The notes beneath the pieces are model-generated. The model was not told the origin of the DNA and made no database searches. It was given only the letters and a program-made list of their open reading frames with translations. The translations under genes and the position numbers were made by a program. 39,336 nucleotides of DNA from a virus (taxonomy: Duplodnaviria; Caudoviricetes): IMG/VR virus record IMGVR_UViG_3300038393_000662, positions 1-39,336 of that record. The stretch is one strand, 5' to 3'. Shown piece by piece: positions 35,210 through 39,336 of this stretch (positions within the stretch are counted from its first letter, which is position 1; each line of letters opens with the position of its first letter).

Positions 35210-35830
35210 ATGCCATGGGGCTATGCAGCGGTCGCCGTTGCCAGCATCTACAGCGCGAACAAGCAGTCCAAGGCTGGCGAGAAAGGCGCCCAAGGACAGG
35301 TGGCGGCGTCACAGTACGCCACCGACGAGCAGCGCCGCGAATACGACCAGTCGCGGCAGGACCAGCTGCCGTTCCTGCAGGCCGGACAGGATGCGCTCGG
35401 CCGTCAGGCCGCGTTCCTCAATGGGGACTGGTCCGGCTTCGAGAACTCGCCCGACTACAAATTCGCGCTGGATCAAGGGCTCAAGCTGTCCGACCGCAGC
35501 GCGGCCGCGCGCGGCTCGCTGTTCAGCGGCGGTCATTCCGCCGACCTGATGCAGCTCGGGCAGGGGCTCGCGCAGCAGAACGCGAACGACTACTGGAACA
35601 AGCTCGCCGGCCGCGCGGGGCAGGGGCAGGTCACGGCCTCCAACCTCGGCCAACTCGGCGCCAACATGGCGACCAACATCGGCAACAACGCGATGAACGG
35701 TGCCAACGCGCGCGCGTCGAGCTATGCGAACACCGCCAACGCCTGGGGCAACGCGACCAACCAGCTCGCTGGGCTGGTCGGCCAGTACTACGGAAACCGC
35801 GCCAACACCAACACGGGGCAGTGGTACTGA
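35210..35830 (+). CDS. DNA ejection protein (gp7-like)
   Basis: Ala/Gly/Gln/Asn-rich; P.LQAG..AL, SP.Y.F...QG, AAARG.L.SG. Confidence 0.8.
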   Translation: MPWGYAAVAVASIYSANKQSKAGEKGAQGQVAASQYATDEQRREYDQSRQDQLPFLQAGQDALGRQAAFLNGDWSGFENSPDYKFALDQGLKLSDRSAAARGSLFSGGHSADLMQLGQGLAQQNANDYWNKLAGRAGQGQVTASNLGQLGANMATNIGNNAMNGANARASSYANTANAWGNATNQLAGLVGQYYGNRANTNTGQWY

Positions 35831-35831
35831 C

Positions 35832-37289
35832 ATGGCCGACATCCTTCCCGTTTCGCAGATGATCCAGCAGCCGAACCTGTTGGGCGGTTTCCAGCAGGGG
35901 CTGCAGTTCGGCCAGGCGCAGCGTGACCGGCGCAACAACCAGCAAGCCGCGCAGCTGTACGCGCAGGCGATGCAGGCGCCCGTCGAGCAGCGGCCGGCGC
36001 TGCTCGCGCAGATCGCGCAGCTGACCGGCGTCGAAGGCGCCACGACCGCGCAGGCTGGACTCGGCCGGCAGGACAGCGCCGCGCACGACGACCTCGTGCA
36101 GTCCGCCAGCCAGTTCGCGGCCATCGCCGAGGCTGATCCCGCCACCGCCCAGCAGATGTACCCGGCGCTCGCGGCCAAGGCGCACGCCGTGGGCATTCCC
36201 GTGCCGACGACCTACGACCCGCGGTTCCTGCCGGCGATCCAGAAGCTCGCCACCATCGGCAGCCCGGGCGGCGCGGTGCAGTCGACCTACGTCGACGCGC
36301 AGGGCAACCGGGTCGCGATCATGCGCGACGGCTCGCACCAGGTGATCGGGCAGAACGCACCGAACATGCAGATCATCGACAACGGGCAGGGGTTCTACGG
36401 CGTCAACAAGTCGAATCTGGCCGCCACGCCTGTAACGTTGGGCGGCGCCCCACAACAGGCCGCGCCGACGCAGTTCACCGGCGTCGATGGCCGCCCCGTG
36501 CAGATCGACCCGAATCTGCCGCCGGCCGTGCAGGCGTCCATTCGCGCCAACGAGGGCGCCTACGCGCAGGCGCCGAACATGGCGACCGCACAGATCGGCC
36601 AGCAGCCACAGCAGTTGCGGAGCATGCCGAAGCCGGCCGACATCCGCGCCGAGCAGGCGCAGGCCATGCAGATCGCCGAGTTCAACGCCAAGCAGTCGCA
36701 CACGCTTTCGCCGGCCGAAGTGGCCGCGCGCGGCTATCGGCCCGGCACCATCGTGCAGGTCGACGGATTTGGCAACGAGTCGGTCAAGCAAGCGCCGGAA
36801 GGCGCACGCAACAGCATGTCCGACGTCGACCGCCGTGCCATCCTCGCGGCGAAACAGAAGGTGCCGCAGCTGCAGAACGCCATCCGCGGCCTCGATCGCA
36901 TCAACGACGCCCTCAAGGCGCTGCAAGGTGGCCTCGTCGATACGGGCCCGCTGGATCAGTTCGCGCAGCGGTACACGAAAGAAGGGCAAGAGCTAGAGGC
37001 GGCGGTCGGCGGCATCCAGAACAGCATCCTCGCACTCACCCGCGTGCCGGGCATCGGCTCACAGTCCGACCTCGAAGCACGTATCGCGATGCTGCAATAC
37101 CCATCGCTCGACAAGAACCCCGAAACGAACGCTCGCACGCTGCAGAACCTCAGATTGTTCATGCAGGACTTGGCGAATGCCTATCAGAACGTGCTATCGC
37201 AGCCTGACGCCGCGCCATCGACGACGCACGCGCCATCCGCCAGCGGTGCCAGCTACGACCCACTGGGCATCATGCAAGGAGGCCACTGA
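35832..37289 (+). CDS. DNA ejection protein (gp20-like by position)
   Basis: Gln/Ala-rich, Cys-free, second of three. Confidence 0.65.
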   Translation: MADILPVSQMIQQPNLLGGFQQGLQFGQAQRDRRNNQQAAQLYAQAMQAPVEQRPALLAQIAQLTGVEGATTAQAGLGRQDSAAHDDLVQSASQFAAIAEADPATAQQMYPALAAKAHAVGIPVPTTYDPRFLPAIQKLATIGSPGGAVQSTYVDAQGNRVAIMRDGSHQVIGQNAPNMQIIDNGQGFYGVNKSNLAATPVTLGGAPQQAAPTQFTGVDGRPVQIDPNLPPAVQASIRANEGAYAQAPNMATAQIGQQPQQLRSMPKPADIRAEQAQAMQIAEFNAKQSHTLSPAEVAARGYRPGTIVQVDGFGNESVKQAPEGARNSMSDVDRRAILAAKQKVPQLQNAIRGLDRINDALKALQGGLVDTGPLDQFAQRYTKEGQELEAAVGGIQNSILALTRVPGIGSQSDLEARIAMLQYPSLDKNPETNARTLQNLRLFMQDLANAYQNVLSQPDAAPSTTHAPSASGASYDPLGIMQGGH

Positions 37290-39184
37290 TGCCGACGCTC
37301 GCCGAGCTGAAAGCCTCGTCGCCCGCGTATGCGGCGATGGACGACATGCAGTTTGCGTCCAAGGTGTACCGCACGCACTACGCCGACAAGATGAGTTTCC
37401 CGGAGTTCGCGCAGCGGGTCGGGTTCGACCCGTACGGCGACGCACAGGGTCACGATCCGACTGAGGGCATGTCCAACGCCGACAAATTCTGGTCCGGCAT
37501 GGGCAAGGCGTTCACCGACACCGGCCACGGGCTAGTGCAACTCGGCGCGACGGGCTCGCGCATCGTTGCCGAGCACACGCCGGACATTCTCGGCGGCGCC
37601 CGCGGCGTGCAGTTCTATGGCGACATCGAACGCAAGCTGCAGGCGCAGGAGGCGGAGCGCCGCCAGCGCGACAAGCCGCTGATGAGCACCAAGGCCGGCA
37701 CGGCGGGCGAGGTGGCGGGCGTTCTGGCGCAGATCCTCGGCCCCGGCATCGCATTGCGTGGCACGGCGGCTGGTGCGGCGCTGCTGCCGCGGACCATCGC
37801 CGGCAACGTGGTGCAGGGCGTTGGCATGGGTGCCCTGCGGCCCGTCACGAACAATGGCGAGCGCAGCACCAACATGCTCGTCGGTGGCGGACTGGGCGTA
37901 TTCGGCTCGGCGGCTCCGAAGATCGTGGGCGGCGCCGCGCGCCCGGTGGTCAACTACCTGGGGCGCTTCGGCCAGAAGGGTGCACAGAAGCAGGCCGCAC
38001 GGATCATCGCCGACGAAGCGGCGAACCGTGCCAACCTACTCGCCGCCGCCCCGAGCAATGTCCCGGGCGTGCAGCGCACGCTCGCGGAGGAATCGCTGGA
38101 TCCCGGCATCGCGCGCCTGGAGCGCAACGCCCGCAGCACGGGGCAGGGCTTCGACGCGATCGACCGGCAGAACAACCTCGCCCGCGTGGATGCGCTGCGG
38201 GGGGTCGCCGGCACGCCTGAGGACATGGCAGCAGCCGAGGCCGAGCGGCACGCCACCTCCGAACCGTTCCGCCGCGCGGCAATGCGTGCGACCGGCGTCG
38301 ATACCGAAACGCTCCGCAACCAACTCGCCCGTGCACAGCAGCTGTTCGACGGCCGTCCGGCCGTGCAGCAGACACTCGACTATGTCGCCAACCAGCTCTA
38401 CCGCGATGCCACGCCGGCCGAACTCAAGGCGGGGTTCCCGGCGCGCATTCCGCGCGACGAGGTCGCCGGCCTGTCGAACGTGCGCGACACACTCAAAGAC
38501 CTGATGAACGGCAAGCTGTCCGGCGATGCGCCGGCAGCGGAGGCCGCCACGCGTCAGATCATGATGGTCCGCAACGGCCTCGACCGCGCGATCGGCAAAA
38601 CGGCGCCCGAGTTCAAGGGCTACCTACAGGCGTACCGTGAAGGCTCGCAGCCGATCAACCGGATGCAGCTCGGCCAGCATCTCCTCGACAAGGGGTCGGG
38701 CGCGGTGCTGGATCCGGTGACGGGCGCGCCGACACTCGCGCCGGCGGCGTTCAGCCGGCAGGCCAACAACCTAGACGCCGCGGCCGCAGCGGCCACAGGT
38801 TTCCGCAAGGCCAAGGCGGCCGACATCCTGCAGCCGCAGGACACGGCGATCATCAAAGCGATTCAGGACGACTTGGAGCGCAAGGCGTTCGCCGGCACAG
38901 CGGGCAGTGGCGGCAATTCGCACACGTTCGAACGGCAGGCGCTCGAGAACAAGCTCGGCGCGCAAGCAGCCAGCGGCGTGCCCGTGCTCGGCAAGTTCGC
39001 CAGCGTGCTCAACCAGATCAACGACCGCCGCGTGCAAGCCCAGGTGGTTTACCTGCTGCAGAACCCGAGCCGCGCCCGGGCCGTGCTGTCCTCACTCCCG
39101 GCCGATGAGCGGCGAGTCGTCCAGGACGCGCTGTCCCGGGCTGGCGGCCTCGCCGGCGCCATGACGCCCGCGCTCGCGGAATAG
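37289..39184 (+). CDS. DNA ejection protein (gp16-like by position)
   Basis: Large Ala/Gly-rich helical protein with hydrophobic GxxxG segments. Confidence 0.65.
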   Translation: MPTLAELKASSPAYAAMDDMQFASKVYRTHYADKMSFPEFAQRVGFDPYGDAQGHDPTEGMSNADKFWSGMGKAFTDTGHGLVQLGATGSRIVAEHTPDILGGARGVQFYGDIERKLQAQEAERRQRDKPLMSTKAGTAGEVAGVLAQILGPGIALRGTAAGAALLPRTIAGNVVQGVGMGALRPVTNNGERSTNMLVGGGLGVFGSAAPKIVGGAARPVVNYLGRFGQKGAQKQAARIIADEAANRANLLAAAPSNVPGVQRTLAEESLDPGIARLERNARSTGQGFDAIDRQNNLARVDALRGVAGTPEDMAAAEAERHATSEPFRRAAMRATGVDTETLRNQLARAQQLFDGRPAVQQTLDYVANQLYRDATPAELKAGFPARIPRDEVAGLSNVRDTLKDLMNGKLSGDAPAAEAATRQIMMVRNGLDRAIGKTAPEFKGYLQAYREGSQPINRMQLGQHLLDKGSGAVLDPVTGAPTLAPAAFSRQANNLDAAAAAATGFRKAKAADILQPQDTAIIKAIQDDLERKAFAGTAGSGGNSHTFERQALENKLGAQAASGVPVLGKFASVLNQINDRRVQAQVVYLLQNPSRARAVLSSLPADERRVVQDALSRAGGLAGAMTPALAE

Positions 39185-39322
39185 GAACCGCACCACCGCG
39201 TTATCGGGTAGGCGCCGGTGCAGCGCCCGCAGGGGTAGCAGGATCAACACGTAGTAGCCGACCGCGATCAGGACCGCGATCAACCCCTTGAGCGCCACCG
39301 CGTAAACCCAGCCCGGCATCAC
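39092..39322 (-). CDS. Small antisense membrane protein
   Basis: Long hydrophobic N-terminus then basic segment; overlaps 3' end of gp16-like gene. Confidence 0.5.
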   Translation of the reverse strand: MMPGWVYAVALKGLIAVLIAVGYYVLILLPLRALHRRLPDNAVVRFLFRERGRHGAGEAASPGQRVLDDSPLIGRE

Positions 39323-39336
39323 CCATTCCCAGCCCG
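39215..39336. repeat. Terminal direct repeat, copy 2
   Basis: Identical to 1-122. Confidence 0.97.

Overview
The window is an apparently complete, circularly assembled temperate phage genome of about 39.2 kb (bases 1-122 repeat exactly at 39215-39336). It is GC-rich and its SSB looks Xanthomonadales-like, which suggests the host group. The control and replication half is lambdoid: attP carrying the 3' half of tRNA-Leu(CAA), tyrosine integrase, excisionase, early-left genes with ERF/YqaJ/SSB, cI-cro-cII with near-identical pL/pR, an initiator with iterons, a nin-like region, a Q-like gene and lysis genes. The virion half is P22-like podoviral: TerS, TerL, portal, scaffold, coat, gp4, gp10, three ejection proteins and tail appendages. 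Most unusual: (1) an Asp/Asn-hydroxylase-type 2OG-Fe(II) oxygenase coupled to a sulfotransferase-like gene inside the tail operon, a candidate hydroxylate-then-sulfate virion modification system; (2) a gp10 hub that looks circularly permuted and carries C-terminal Ig-like and sugar-binding-like domains; (3) a DUF5664 + metallophosphoesterase + HExxH cassette heading the late operon; (4) a prion-like Gly-rich protein and a collagen/beta-helix fibre upstream of terminase; (5) an acyltransferase-3 gene placed downstream of the host tRNA after integration. All family calls come from motif recognition by eye, not database searches.
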